From NCBI RefSeq assembly GCF_018977255.1, contig NW_024704744.1:63116001-63180000 (forward strand): a stretch of 64,000 nucleotides of DNA, written 5' to 3'. A program made the translations under genes and the position numbers. This DNA is from Callorhinchus milii (taxonomy: Eukaryota). Under the pieces are notes generated by a model, which saw only the letters and a list, made by a program, of their open reading frames with translations, did no database searches and was not told where the DNA came from. Positions 1-12,594 of the stretch are shown here, piece after piece (position 1 is the first letter of the stretch; each line of letters begins with the position of its first letter).

Positions 1-290
1 TCGAAAGAAACGTTAAACCACGGTCCCTATCCAGCTGGAGGTTAAATATCCCATAGCACTATTCAAAAAGAGAGGGGAGTTTTTCCCAGTGTCCCGGCCA
101 ACAATCCCCCAAATAAAATTGATCACTCATTCCACAGCTGTTTGTGGGACATTGCTGTGCATACAACTGGCTGAAACATTCACCCACAAATACCCACAGT
201 CACACCACATTAAAGTATAAGTGTGAAGCACTTTGAGACATCTCACCGACAATGATAAGGCGCTCTATCAAATGCAAGGATTATTATGAT
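1..290 (+). mobile_element. Older Deu-domain-like SINE sharing the same L2 tail
   Basis: GTTAAACCACGG...ATCCCATAGCACTATTCAAAAAGAGAGGGGAGTT...GTGTCCCGGCCAA resembles the DeuSINE core as recalled. Confidence 0.7.
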
Positions 291-2639
291 ATAACAACCA
301 GGAGTTGGTGGTGTCAACACCCTTAAAAAGCAGTAAAAGTGAATTTTAAAAACAGAAGTTTTAGCTGGCCCACTGGAGAGCAGTGAGGGCATTCGCTTTG
401 GAGCCAAACCTTTAGAGCTAAATAATTGAGTACCATATCTACTAGAAAGTCAGTCAGATGCAATTGTAAAATGTAAAATCAGTGAGGAGAACTACACTGG
501 GCAGATTAGAGGTGCACTTTCACCCTTCATGTCGAAGACCTCAGTTCAAATCCATTCCAATTAAATGGGTTCAAACGTCTTCCTAATTACTCCAAGGATC
601 CTATGTGAAATGATTCAGTACAGCCTGCCAACTTTCAATGTCCAGTACAGATGCGCAGTCAATCACTTGGTAAAACTGTACCCCAGGATGGTCAGAATCT
701 TCAGGTGAGCAGATGAGACAATTGCAAATTAAAATGCTTTACTCTGCAGTTAATATGTCTCCATTTAGGGATTTTCTGCTGGGGGGAAACAGCAACCTTT
801 AATAGAATCGCCACGATGAGATAAAAACAAATCGAGTATAATCACCTTAAGTAATAAAAGAGCAGTTGGAGGGTTTTTTTTCCCCACACACATAGGTATA
901 ATATGGTATACATTACTACCAATGGCTATTGAAGATAACTCAATAACAGCATCTAACATGGAAACTATTAAATACTCAAAGAAAAATATTAAATAGTGTG
1001 AAAAAAGAGATCAAAGTACATAGCTCCAGTGGGTGAGCTAGCATCAACAGACACAATGAAGCAAATGGGCCTCCTTCTGTACACTAAACATTTTATGAGT
1101 CAAAATATATTTGAATCATCTTATCATATCTGCTGCTCGACCTGCACTATTTACATAAGTCACATGTGCTCAAAACTATCTTTTCACAATTACTCTGAAA
1201 AAATAGTTTATTTAAATTTCCAGGAAGCTGTAGGCGAAACAGATAAGTGTGTCTGAATTGTCTCAATGGGAAAATGCAAACTTTCAGTCAGGCTGAAACT
1301 TTACTCATCCCACCTGAATAAGTGGGTGAAAATTTGATGATACTGTATTTCATTCATGCATATGTAAAAACAGGTCAGGTTCATTTGGCGGTTGTTCTCA
1401 GCAATTGAACTTCAAATTGCAAACAAAAAGATTAACTCAATGCAACCGGTTGGAATCGAGTAAATCCTCTGTGGCAGTCTTGGTCATCTAGATTCTGAGC
1501 GAGGCAGACCAAGTGACTCCACAGCATTGCTGATGACAGACGTTGGGGACAAAGATTCTTGCCACTCAGCCCTGTTAACCCTGCAAGCCAAAGCCCTGTA
1601 ACAAGTAGAGTGGTCTTTGCTGGACAAGCAGCGGTTAGCTTGCCAAATAGTCCTCTCAATGACAAGTTATGCGGCTAAACTCCAGTAAAACTCCCAACGT
1701 ATACCCTGGAGTCCTCAAGTCTCTTTTGCCCACCTGCCCCTAATAATATAATAATCCTTGCATTTGATTATAGCGCTTTATCACATCTTTGAGACATCTC
1801 AAATCACTTCACAGAATATAATGTAAAGTGAATTGGCTGTATATTCTGTATATTAATTGTATACTCTCCGGAATTAGATAAGCAGGATGCATCCCTGAGA
1901 GAGAGTGCTCATTCCATTACAAACGCAGGGAAATTTCTACATGTGGGTGACATACATATGTGAAATTATCAGTCTGTTTGGGGAATTCTTAAGAATAGTG
2001 ATAGGTGTCTGCATGTCTCAGAAATCTGGCTGAACAATACAAACGTCTGCACAGAAAATCATTAATCTATAAGCTCAGAGCACCACTGCATGACTATAAT
2101 TTAGCTAAAGCCCTCAACCAAGCAAACCCCAGGATAACTATTTCCCAGCTTTAAATGACTACTGAAAGCAAAGTTAAAAATAAACAACTTATTATCACAT
2201 TCGGGTCAAGAATGCTAGACTTTCCTAAAACTAATGCAACACACTCACATGCTGCTTAAATTATTAACCCAAGCTTTGATGCCTCGTATATTTTCATACA
2301 ATAAGTAAAGACCTCTGAACTTTTCAATGGTGCCCTCTTCGTTCCCTCGCCCCTGCTATTGTCCAGGACCTTGCCCAAGTAGCCATTCTTCAAGGGAAGC
2401 ACTAGAGACAGTACAAATGTTTGCAAGTTGTTTGAGGGGGAGGGTGGCAAATGATAATTTCGTCATTCAATCCACGGCAATTTGCTGCAGCATTTCGTCC
2501 ACAAATTAGTCAATTCACTTAACAGTATATTCTGTGAAGTTCTTCGACACGGCTCAATGACGTGATAAGGTGTTGTATCAAATGCAACGACTTATTATTA
2601 TTATTATTTTATGATAACCAAAACTTCCCTCACCCAATG

Positions 2640-2825
2640 TTCACACACGTGCACTTTTCAGCAGGGTGTCGATGGAAGTGTCGATGAATCAGTTGTTGAA
2701 ACCCAAGCTAATTCTTGCTTCCCTAGCCCAAGGGCGCTGTGGACAATTGTGGCACCCCTACTGCAGGCCGAAATGAGATCAGCTAATTCAGGGAAATCGA
2801 ACCTGGGACCTTCATGGTCTGTATC
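2640..2825 (-). mobile_element. Old SINE-like family; related pieces at about 55935-56010 (+) and 57040-57150 (-)
   Basis: B-box-like CCCAGGTTCGATTTCC followed by TTAGCTGATCTC...ACAATTG...GGGCTAGGGA...CCCTGCTG shared among the copies. Confidence 0.45.
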
Positions 2826-3639
2826 ACTAAATTATGCCCCAGGCAATGGCTGTACCAAAGGAACCAACAGTGTAGCCTCAGTTGTTCTAAAATGAGAATA
2901 TTCCCATCTACTAATTTATGTTACAAATGCGGCGACGATGAGATGATCCACGATTACTGTTACAATGCATATTAATACAGTGAAATTATTCCTAAATTTA
3001 TTTCTATATGCAGAGCTGCTCAAAACTTACTGAAGCAGTTGCTGACCTGAATGGAAGGGAAATAGCAATGAGTGGAGAGAGTGATGTATCACGAATGATC
3101 CGAGAATGATTACAATGGATTCTCTGTGTTGAGCACAGATACAGTAACAAGTTAAATCAGTTACATAATAACCACCGGAGTCTTACGCATACTTCTCCAG
3201 GCAGTTCACCCAATAAAAAGAAGTTATGGTGTAGGATTGTTGTGCAGTTGCCAGAGTGCGCAAAGATGTAAAGGGTTCCGCATGTTTTCAAACAGAAGTC
3301 TTAAGGAAAATACCTCCAATACCCCCTATTGATAAACAAACTCAAAAAGCTCATTGAAAAAAAGTGCACTCACTTGAAAACAACCTCTGTCCAGGTCGGG
3401 ACATAAATAATATCGGAGAAACATAACTGCGTGTCCAATGGCAGATTAATGAACACTGCGAACGGGTCAGCAATCAGCAGCTTAGATATTCTGCCACCGG
3501 AATATTTAATAATAATATTTAATAATAATACCAGGAGGGCATTCGGGGATTTGTGGGGGACAAGTAACGTGGGACCGAAAAACCAGCAACCGATCGATCT
3601 CCGGCCATCTGAGCGATTTGATTTGGCGGATCGGACAGC

Positions 3640-3994
3640 NNNNNNNNNNNNNNNNNNNNNNNNNNNNNNNNNNNNNNNNNNNNNNNNNNNNNNNNNNNNN
3701 NNNNNNNNNNNNNNNNNNNNNNNNNNNNNNNNNNNNNNNNNNNNNNNNNNNNNNNNNNNNNNNNNNNNNNNNNNNNNNNNNNNNNNNNNNNNNNNNNNNN
3801 NNNNNNNNNNNNNNNNNNNNNNNNNNNNNNNNNNNNNNNNNNNNNNNNNNNNNNNNNNNNNNNNNNNNNNNNNNNNNNNNNNNNNNNNNNNNNNNNNNNN
3901 NNNNNNNNNNNNNNNNNNNNNNNNNNNNNNNNNNNNNNNNNNNNNNNNNNNNNNNNNNNNNNNNNNNNNNNNNNNNNNNNNNNNNNNNNNNNNN
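3640..3994. other. Assembly gap (355 N)
   Basis: Run of n. Confidence 1.
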
Positions 3995-4605
3995 GACCAC
4001 GTTTATCTTTGAGCAGTGAAACTGGGCTTTGAGGGACTGTGAGGAACAGACGACATTGCAACGCTTCTAAAGGTGAGGACATCTGTGTCCACATCACTTT
4101 GCGGGTTGGGTCGAGCACATCAGCTTTCACAACTTGAACTGCACACGAGAGACTATTAGGGGAAAAAAATGGCCCAATTGCTAATCAATCTGCGACTGAT
4201 CGCCTTCTTACATCGAAGCTATTTTGTTGTACCCCCAAAAAAAAATCAGATACGTTAAGAGCTGAGACCAGAGGCTCCTCCTGTGAGCAATCCATGTGGA
4301 AGCGAAGAGTGTCTCTCTCTTTTTTTCAAAAAAAAAGAAACTCACCTCAGTGATCGAAATAGTTCTTGAAAGTTTGCGGATCGGGGGGTCACTTTTTTTA
4401 GGGGGGAAAAAAAATACACATATAAAATGTTTTCTGCAAAGAGGTGCGAAATTAAAAAAAAAAAGAAGAAGACTCCCAACAGCAATCCATTGATCAGAAG
4501 AGACTGAATTGTGCACAACTTTTTTTGGGGGGTTAAACCCCCCCCAACAAACAAAATAATAAAAACAACAACACACACACACACACACACATACAAAAAA
4601 AGTAC

Positions 4606-4983
4606 CTTTTGGTCCACGATGGAGCAAACGAGGTCTTTGACGGCGGAGAGGGAGATGTCTTGAGCCTCGATGGTAACCGGTTCCCTTGTGAGGCCGATCT
4701 GGAGTAGGAAGGAGACGCCGTTGAAGGATCCCCGGGAGTTGGTGGGACTGGGGGCGCTCAGGCTGCCGTTGGAGAGGCGGCCGGAGAGCAGGGCGGTGCA
4801 GGGCGGCGAGGGCGACGGGCTGGGAGAGCAGGGAGGCGGCACAGGCACAGGCGGCTGCACAGGCGGCGGTGTTGGCGGCGGCGGCGGCTGCTGTTGCTGC
4901 ACAGGCGGCGGCACAGGCGGTGTCGGCGGCGGCGGCGGCTTCTGCGACGCGGGAGGAGACGAGTTGCTGGCGGCGGCTGACAT
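4606..4983 (-). CDS. PRKD3: Protein kinase D3, first coding exon (126 codons); rest of gene lies left of the window
   Basis: MSAAASNSSPPASQK...LSGRLSNGSLSAPSPTNSRGSFNGVSFLLQIGLTREPVTIEAQDISLSAVKDLVCSIVDQK matches the PKD3 N-terminus; phase-0 donor AAG|GTACTT at 4605; linked to QPCT as in mammals. Confidence 0.93.
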
Positions 4984-6500
4984 CTGGCTCCCCGGAGTGC
5001 GAGAGAGATCTCACTTGCAAACTTCCCGCCCCTCTGGTGCACACACGCACACGCACACACACACACACGCGCACACGCACAGAGAAAAAAAATTGTTTTT
5101 TTTTAAAAAAATGTTTGGATTTTTTTTTTGCAAAACAAAAGCCGCGATCCGCTCTCTGCCGCCGCCGGGCACTGTCAGGGGAAAGCCGGAGCTCCCCGGG
5201 AGCAGTGCATTTGATGTGGAGCTGGTTCAGCTGCAGCCTGTTGATATCATTCCCCAGTCATCTCCTCCCTCCCTCTCCTCTCTCCCTCTCTCTCTCTCTG
5301 TCTCTTTCTGTCTCTCTCGCTCTCTTCTCCTCCTCTGGCTTTCCTCTCTCTCTCTCTCTCTCTGTGCTCTGACTGTAGTTTCAATCCGCCGTCGCCAGAC
5401 GCCCCAAAACCCGTCACCGGAAATACTCTGAAAAAAGAAAAAAAAAGTGTGTGTGTGTGTGTGTTGGGGGGGTGGGGGGGAGTGGGGAGTGGGGAGCGAT
5501 GCAGTGTTTTTTAATGGTTTGCTTTCAAACTTGAAGGGAGGAGGAGGAGGAGAGAGAGGGAGTGAGAGAGAGAGATCCAGATCTGCAGAAAGCCCCTTTG
5601 TGATTTGGTTGGGATGCAGAGGAGGATCCCGGAGTGAGTTCAGGCGCTGCTCTGACTGTGAGTCCCTGTGTTGGCAGCAGAGCCGCAGAGCGCTCAGGAC
5701 ACAACTGCAGCTCCGGCCCCCGCTCTGGGCTCCCAACCTGTTACACCCTCACTTACACCCCCCCCCCCACCCCCTCCCCACCACAGCACCGGGACCTCTC
5801 GTGCGACTTCGCTCGGATATTAAAGCAAATGCTTTAAAATCCTGCACCACCCCCCCCTCCCCCTCCTCGTCGTTACGTCTCGTTTATACCGGGGGCTGCT
5901 TTTTTTTTATTACTGTTATTACGTTATTATTACATTAAAAAAAAAGTTCTGCTTATTCCCACCGCAGCTTCCACTCAAACCCGCAAACGTGGCGAAAAAG
6001 AAATGACATAAGTATTCCTCAGGTGGGATATCTTTGGAATGGACGATCCGAGGTGAGAGCAGTGTCGTTTTGTCGTTTTATCTCCAATAACCACTGCAGA
6101 TTAACACTGTCCCCGTTTACAGATACAGTGTCGTGCGTCAAAAGATTGCAGGACCGGGGTTCGGGGATTCGTGCCTTCAATTGGCTTCACCCCCGGTCAC
6201 CAGAGTTGGTAAGAAACGTTTACCGCTAAAATAGTGTGAACACCGGAGCAAAAAAAAAGGAGCGATTGCACCGAATGGTGACAAAGTGGAGCCAAACCAC
6301 AGCAGCGCTCACTCTCACTCACACACCACACACACACACACACACACAGAGAGAGCGACTCGCACAAGAAACTGAGCTGTTTTCAACTGAAAGATCCACA
6401 ACAGGACGGGCGACTGAAAGCCGAAGAGATGTTACTACATCCCCTATTTATTGCTGTGATGCAACTGGTTCACAGCGAGTTACAAAATCGCGGATCTTCC
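4610..6500. promoter_or_regulatory. CpG-rich region over the PRKD3 coding exon and adjacent intron (possible alternative promoter)
   Basis: High CpG density compared with the flanks. Confidence 0.45.
4984..5427 (-). other. PRKD3: PRKD3 5' UTR portion of the first coding exon
   Basis: Strong acceptor (minus strand TTTTTTTTTCTTTTTTCAG, 5446-5428) upstream of the ATG; contains CA and CT microsatellites. Confidence 0.6.
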
Positions 6501-9047
6501 ATCCGATTGCAGGATTACCGGTTTTCAATTTGCTTTGCCAATTTCTGCCCGGTCACTGGGAGTACATACCCATTTGTCAGTGAAATCCGATACAAGTCAT
6601 ATGGTTTGTAAACAGATGGCACTGTTGCACTTAATTTACTCCATCATAAAAAAAAGTGCTGTGGATTTAAAACTTTAATTCGCTGTGTACGTATCTGTGG
6701 GATTATGTGTTATAGTTGCAGAGCGATGACCATACACAACGCGCAAACATGCAAACCCCAATGCTATATTAATGGATCGGCGTGTGGTTTGAGATAAGAT
6801 TCAGAACAAACATCACTCGATGCCTCCAGTCCTGCGAATGCACACAATAAATTCAAATAGTTTTTTTTTAATCTGAAAATGTTTTTAGAGTTTTTTTTAA
6901 TATAACGGCAATAAAAAGCAAACATATACTGAAACGTCGTGTACTCTTTGGAAGGTGAATATTTACACACACAAGTACATGGGAGGAGCCGTTGAACCGT
7001 TATATCAAAAGGTGCTCCACTTGGAAGAGAAAAAGAGCAGCAAAGACCCGATGCGCTGAATAAGCCGTTTTCTATGTTGTAACAGTTTATCACCTCATTC
7101 ATCCTTTCTTGAGCACTGTTGTAAAACACACCATCTAGAAATCAGTTTGATTTGGATACTCTTAAATGCATGGTGATGCGTTTCCACTTGTGTCAGACAC
7201 TCGGCGGACCAAAACAAATCAAGTTACAACTTATTGACAGTGCTGCCCTTCCAAAAACCTTTCAATCTTTGCTCCTGGGACTGAGTCACAGAACTGTATG
7301 ATTTGTCCAGTGAACGGTGATGCCAAACACTGGTGTTTACTCGAAGGAATCCTCTGGATCTGTTTGCACAAGTAAACTGGAAGTTAGTGACATCCGGAGC
7401 ATGAAGTGGTAGCTGTGTCTTAAGCCAGTGAGACACAGGAGGAAGGGGGACTGTTTTCGAAAAAAAATAAGAAAAAATATTATTGCCTACTGATGGAGAT
7501 GAAGGTTTAACAATTCTATCGTTGATGGGTAGGGTGAAGCTCTGAGGATGTGCAATATAAAGGAAATCATGATCCCCGAGTGGAATCTTAAATGAAAGGT
7601 TGTGAGAATGTACTTGTCTGGACAACACAAAGAGAAATAAACTGAAGTATTCATTTATTAACACATAATAGATAGTCCAGAAGTAAGTGCACTAAGGATA
7701 GAGAGAAAAGTCAAGGACATTTGACTTTTTGGGGGGGAAAAAGCTTCTATTAAGTATAAAAATGGCAGCGCAGGATCCACGGTCCAAATGTTCCTGTTCC
7801 CATTGGCATGAACATTGGTAAGGTGGGATGATAAATGGAAGAGAGTATTCGTGTGAAAAAGAAACAAAAAGAGAGACAACAGAGCCCCGCATACTGTCCT
7901 TGTTGGTGGTAAAGGAGGCAGAGGAACACCTACCAAATACCAGCAGCACGAACAGCGATCTGAGGGGAAGCTGGAAACACGGGATATTAGTGGAGGACAG
8001 AAAGATGTTTTGCCCCTTTAGAAATGCATCATGACGGGGCATGTCGAGGGGCTTCGGACACGGCAATCACTAACTTATTGAAGAGTGGATCAATCAGTAG
8101 TGAAAATAATACTGACAATAGTGTATGGGTCAGAACATCCAATGCGATGGATAATTTGAGTTGTCACCGCTTCTTCCATAACTCCGGGGGTATAAATGTA
8201 AAGACGTTACTCTGGATGTTAAGAGGGGCCAACGAACCCGGACTTGGCTTTGAAATAGTCACATTCAAGAGTCACATTGCAGGTCTTTCATTTAAACCGC
8301 TTCATTGGGATCAGTGAAGGACCGGATCGAATCTGATACAGAGCGCAGTTTTCTGGCGACTTTTGTGCGATCACTTTTAACTACAGACGTTGCACAATTT
8401 GAGTTTATATTGACGAAAAGCTGAAGTTTCCTAAAGCAGCATCACTTCTATTACTTCTAACTTTTATGCAGGTGTGGGGGGGGGGGAGATGGCAATGCAA
8501 GCGATACTACCTCCATCCCTTCGTCATTTCCCAAATGACTGAACCTGACTGGAGTCGGGGGGGGAATGCTGAACCGGGGGTTTGGCTGCAACTGGTTCCG
8601 CACAGTGATCAAATCCAATTCATGTTCACGTGTGCCCTCGTCTGAAGGAAATGCGGACAGTGTGGAGCCGCGATAAACACACAGCAGTCCCTGGAACTTC
8701 AGGCTGAAGCGACGAGACCAGGAGCGACGATGACCGCCGACTCGGGCCATGTTCCTATCTGATGTGTTTAGGAAACAACAGGTTTCGGAACCGACAACTG
8801 CAGGTCACCGCATTGGAAAAGAACAACGGGGACCACCATTTACCATTTGATTTGCGTGCAGCCGGTCTTCACTCCTGACTAACCCCCATCAAGGTCTCCG
8901 AGCAAACTCCGAGATGTGCTTTTTTGTTAAAAAAAACGCTTTAATGCTCAGTTTTCTTTCCAAGGGATTGTTTTTGCAGATGAAAAGCTCATCCTCTGTT
9001 AAACTCCTGCAGGCAACGGTGAGCTTCTGGTTGGATAAAATACTCAC

Positions 9048-9230
9048 TTTTTTTGGCTGGATTGTATGTTAGTATATATATATATGTGTGTGCGCGCGCG
9101 GAGTGGGGGAGGAGTGAAAAGTTGTAACTTTGGTTAAGTTGTTTCCCGGCGGCGGTGCGGGTGGACGCGCTGCTGCTGCTGCGGCATTTGCGCCCCATCC
9201 CCTGCAGCTGAGTGACCGCGGGCCGCGGTG
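9048..9230 (-). other. PRKD3: Probable non-coding first exon of PRKD3 (5' end approximate)
   Basis: Donor AAA|GTGAGTA at 9047-9041 on the minus strand at the edge of a CpG island; pairs with the acceptor at 5428. Confidence 0.45.
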
Positions 9231-9660
9231 CATGCTGGGACTTGTAGGCCGGCCGCCCGAGGCTCGCTTTGCCTCCCAGGCGGGAAGTGACAGCGAACGG
9301 ACTACAGCTCCCGGCGAGCCCCGCGGCCGCTCAGGTGACAGAGGAGCTTGCTGCGCGTGCGCACTGGAGCGCAGGCCCCCACGTCCCGTTATGGGCGAGG
9401 AGGCGGAGGAGGAGTTGATGGGCGGTGTTGCGGCTTCCAACCGCCCAGCGCTGCCGAGCCCCTCAAACACACAGCTGCACAGCTGTGAGAGGAGGCGCCG
9501 TCTCAGAGGGAAATCTGCTGCCCGGAGATCATGACTGGAGAGTTTAAGCGGCGGATGTGAAATGCGGAGTGGCGCCGTTACCATGGCGACCCGACCCGCC
9601 CGCCCGCCCGCCCCGAGCTGTCACTCAGCCTCAGGGGCGGCGCCAACTCCATCGTCAGTC
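9090..9660. promoter_or_regulatory. CpG-island promoter (probably PRKD3) with two ZNF143/THAP11-type motifs, an ETS site and an RFX X-box
   Basis: CpG-rich; CCTACAAGTCCCAGCATGC on minus (9230-9248); GACTACAGCTCCCGGCGAG on plus (9300-9318); GGAAGT 9283-9288; GTTACCATGGCGAC 9577-9590. Confidence 0.7.
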
Positions 9661-9664
9661 AGAC

Positions 9665-11160
9665 ATCCCCCCCAGTCCTCCAACACCAGTCCTCCAACAC
9701 CAGCCCCCCCCCCACACCAGCCCCTCCCCCCCACACCAGCCCCTTCCCCCCACACCAGCCCCCCCACACCAGCCCTCCCCCCACACCAGCCCCTCCCCCA
9801 CCCAGCCCCCCCCCACACCATCCCCCCCCCCACACCAACCCCCCCCACACCAACCCCCCCCACACACACCCCCCCCCCCACACCATCCCCCCCCACACCA
9901 ACCCCCCCCCACACCAACCCCCCCCCACACCAGCCCCCCCCCCACACCAGCCCCCCCACACCAGCCCCCCCACACCAGCCCCTCCCCCCCACACCAGCCC
10001 CTCCCCCACACCAGCCCCCCCCACACCAGCCCCCCCCCACACCAACCCCCCCCACACCAACCCCCCCCACACCAGCCCCCCCACACCAACCCCCCCCACA
10101 CCAGCCCCCCCACACCACCCCCCCCCACACCACCCCCCCCACACCAGCCCCTCCCCCCCACACCCACCCCCCCCCCCACACCAGCCCCCCCCACACCAAC
10201 CCCCCCCCACACCAGCCCCCCCCCCACACCAGCCCCCCCCCACACCAGCCCCCCCCCACACCAGCCCCCCCCCCACACCAGCCCCCCCCCACCACCCCCC
10301 CCCACCAGCCCCCCCCACACACCAGCCCCCCCCCACACCAGCCCCCCCCCACACCAGCCCCCCCCCACACCAGCCCCCCCCACACCAGCCCCCCCCCACA
10401 CCAGCCCCCCCCACACCAGCCCTCTAACACCAGCCCCCCCCCACACTAGCCCTCTAACACCAGCCCCCCCCCACACCAGCCCCCCCCCCACACCAGCCCC
10501 CCCCACACCAGCCCCCCCCCACACCAGCCCCCCCCACACCAGCCCTCTAACAGCAGCCCCCCCCCACACCAGCCCTCCCCCCACACCAGCTCCCCCCACA
10601 CCAGCCCCCCTCCCACACCAGCCCTCCCCCCACACCAGCCCCCAACACCAGGCCCCCAGCCCCCTCTACCCCCAACACCAGCCCCCCAACACCAACACCC
10701 CAGCACCAGTGCCCCAACACCAGCCACCTCCCCCAACACCAGCCCCCAACACCAGGCCCCCAGCCCCCTCTACCCCCAACACCAGCCCCCAACACCAACA
10801 ACCCAGCACCAGTGCCCCACCAGCCACCTCCCCCAACACCAGGCTCCCAGCCCCCTCTACCCCCGGCACCAGCCCCCCAACACCAACAACCCAGCACCAG
10901 TGCCCCACCAGCAACCTCCCCCAACACCAGGCCCCCAGCCCCCTCTACCCCCCGGCACCAGCCCCCCAACACCAACCCCCAGTCCCCTCTACACCCCAGC
11001 AACAACCCCCCAACCCCAAAGCCCCCTCTACCCCCCAGCACCAGCCCCCCAACACCCCAGCCCCCCAACCCCAAACCTCCAGCCGCCTCTACCCCCCAGC
11101 ACCAGCCCCCCAATACCAGCCCCCTCTACTCCCCAGCACCAGCCCCCCAACACCGACCCC
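9665..11160. repeat. C-rich minisatellite, core ACACCAGC(C)n of about 14-16 bp, grading into a longer composite unit
   Basis: Tandem cccccccacaccagc; after about 10640 the units include CCAGGCCCCCAGCCCCCTCTACCCCC. Confidence 0.95.
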
Positions 11161-11334
11161 CTGAGCTTGTCCATTCCCAGTCCGTCCATCCCGAGCCACC
11201 CAACCGCCCCAGCCTACTGCCACCCGGCTACCCAGTCCTCTGACACCCAGCCCGCGCATCCAACAGATTGCTGCGAACTATTCCACTGCAACTGACTGCT
11301 ACTAATTATTATATAATCATTATTATTCCCTCCA

Positions 11335-11650
11335 CAAGATGCAGATCATCCAGAACTCACCCACACCGATCACTATGACGCTATAACTACCATCCTTGCC
11401 CGGCTCCCCATCCCTCATCATCACGTTTAAAACCATCCACCATCTTGCTCCTTTCCACCTCCGCAACCTACTAAAATGTTACCAATCTGTCTGCTCCCTC
11501 CACTCAGTGTGAGTATTGACCTTCTCCATGCCCCCCTTGCCCTCCACCCTTCTGGATACCAATCCCTAGCTTGGGTGCAAACCTTCACTGTCCAGGATCT
11601 TGGGATGTCTTCCCGACGTGAAGGCGCCATATAAATACAATTGTATTATT
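11335..11650 (+). mobile_element. L2 LINE 3' fragment
   Basis: TGCAGATCATCCAGAACTC... and tail GACGTGAAGGCGCCATATAAATACAA. Confidence 0.7.
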
Positions 11651-11764
11651 GTAGTAGGTCTAGTTATTTTAAAAAGAGGAAGGCATTGTACCCAGGAGGG
11701 AATATAGCTATGAATAATAATTAATAAATAACTGGGTTCACAATACATAACTAATAATTATTAA

Positions 11765-12030
11765 ATATAATAATAATACTTTTTTTTGAACCTCTTCACC
11801 TGAAAAGATTTCAAAGCGCTTCACATAGTGACATGGCAGCCAATTTGTGCACAGCAATGTCCCACAGAAGATTAGTATCCAATTTAACTGGAGGATTTGT
11901 TGCCCACTACACCAGGCAAAACTCGTTTCCCTTTCAAATTCAATCTCTAATGGTAATCTTAAAGCAAATGGGATTAACACATTCAACAAAGATGTGCAGC
12001 ACTGCACTGGAGTGTCAGAAGAGACTGTCA
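11765..12030 (-). mobile_element. Deu-like SINE remnant
   Basis: GGCAGCCAATTTGTGCACAGCAATGTCCCACA and degraded core. Confidence 0.55.
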
Positions 12031-12594
12031 GCTCAATGTACTACCTATTGAAGCTCCTCCAATTCCTTCCTCTTTCTGTACCTCTTTACTATTGTTTTTT
12101 TGTCAAAAATGTATCCATTTCCCTTTTAAATGTCACTATGTTTAGCTTCAATAGTGACAAGTGGCAAAGCATTCTGTTCTGCTAATGAATTGTGAAAATA
12201 ATTCTTCTAATTAACTCTTCTAATTGATGACAATCCTGTGCTCATTCTATCTTGTTACCAAGTCACCAACCTTGCTTTGCCTGTGCCCAAAGAAAGTTGA
12301 CAAAGCCTAACTGATAGCGTTCACTGGGTGTACTCCCGAATTGTACCAGGTAAAACCACACAGTTTACCACGACTAGGCACTTTATTGTTTGTCCAATAT
12401 TCTGACATTATCACCTTGGAGCCAGTTCATCTTTAAGGAAACCCCGCTTACCTCCTCCCCCCCTTCCGAAGGAAGGAAATAACCAGCGGAAAAAATGTTT
12501 CTTAATTCATCCTGTCAAACCGCTTTTTGAGTTTCAATATATTCAATGCATATGGTATTTCCAAACCCAATCTGGGGAGAACAACAACAAAATA

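Noticed and set aside
3431-4130. ORFs spanning 3640-3994
   Set aside because: Artefacts of the N gap
4208-5938. Overlapping and antisense ORFs around the PRKD3 exon
   Set aside because: GC-rich and microsatellite shadow ORFs with no recognisable domain
7224-8317. Cluster of 68-146 aa ORFs in the PRKD3 upstream intron
   Set aside because: No recognisable motif or consistent splice structure; a decayed insertion cannot be excluded without a database search
9557-11295. Pro-rich and Gly-rich ORFs (extensin- or mucin-like) up to 535 aa
   Set aside because: Open in nearly all frames because of a C-rich tandem repeat with variable homopolymer lengths
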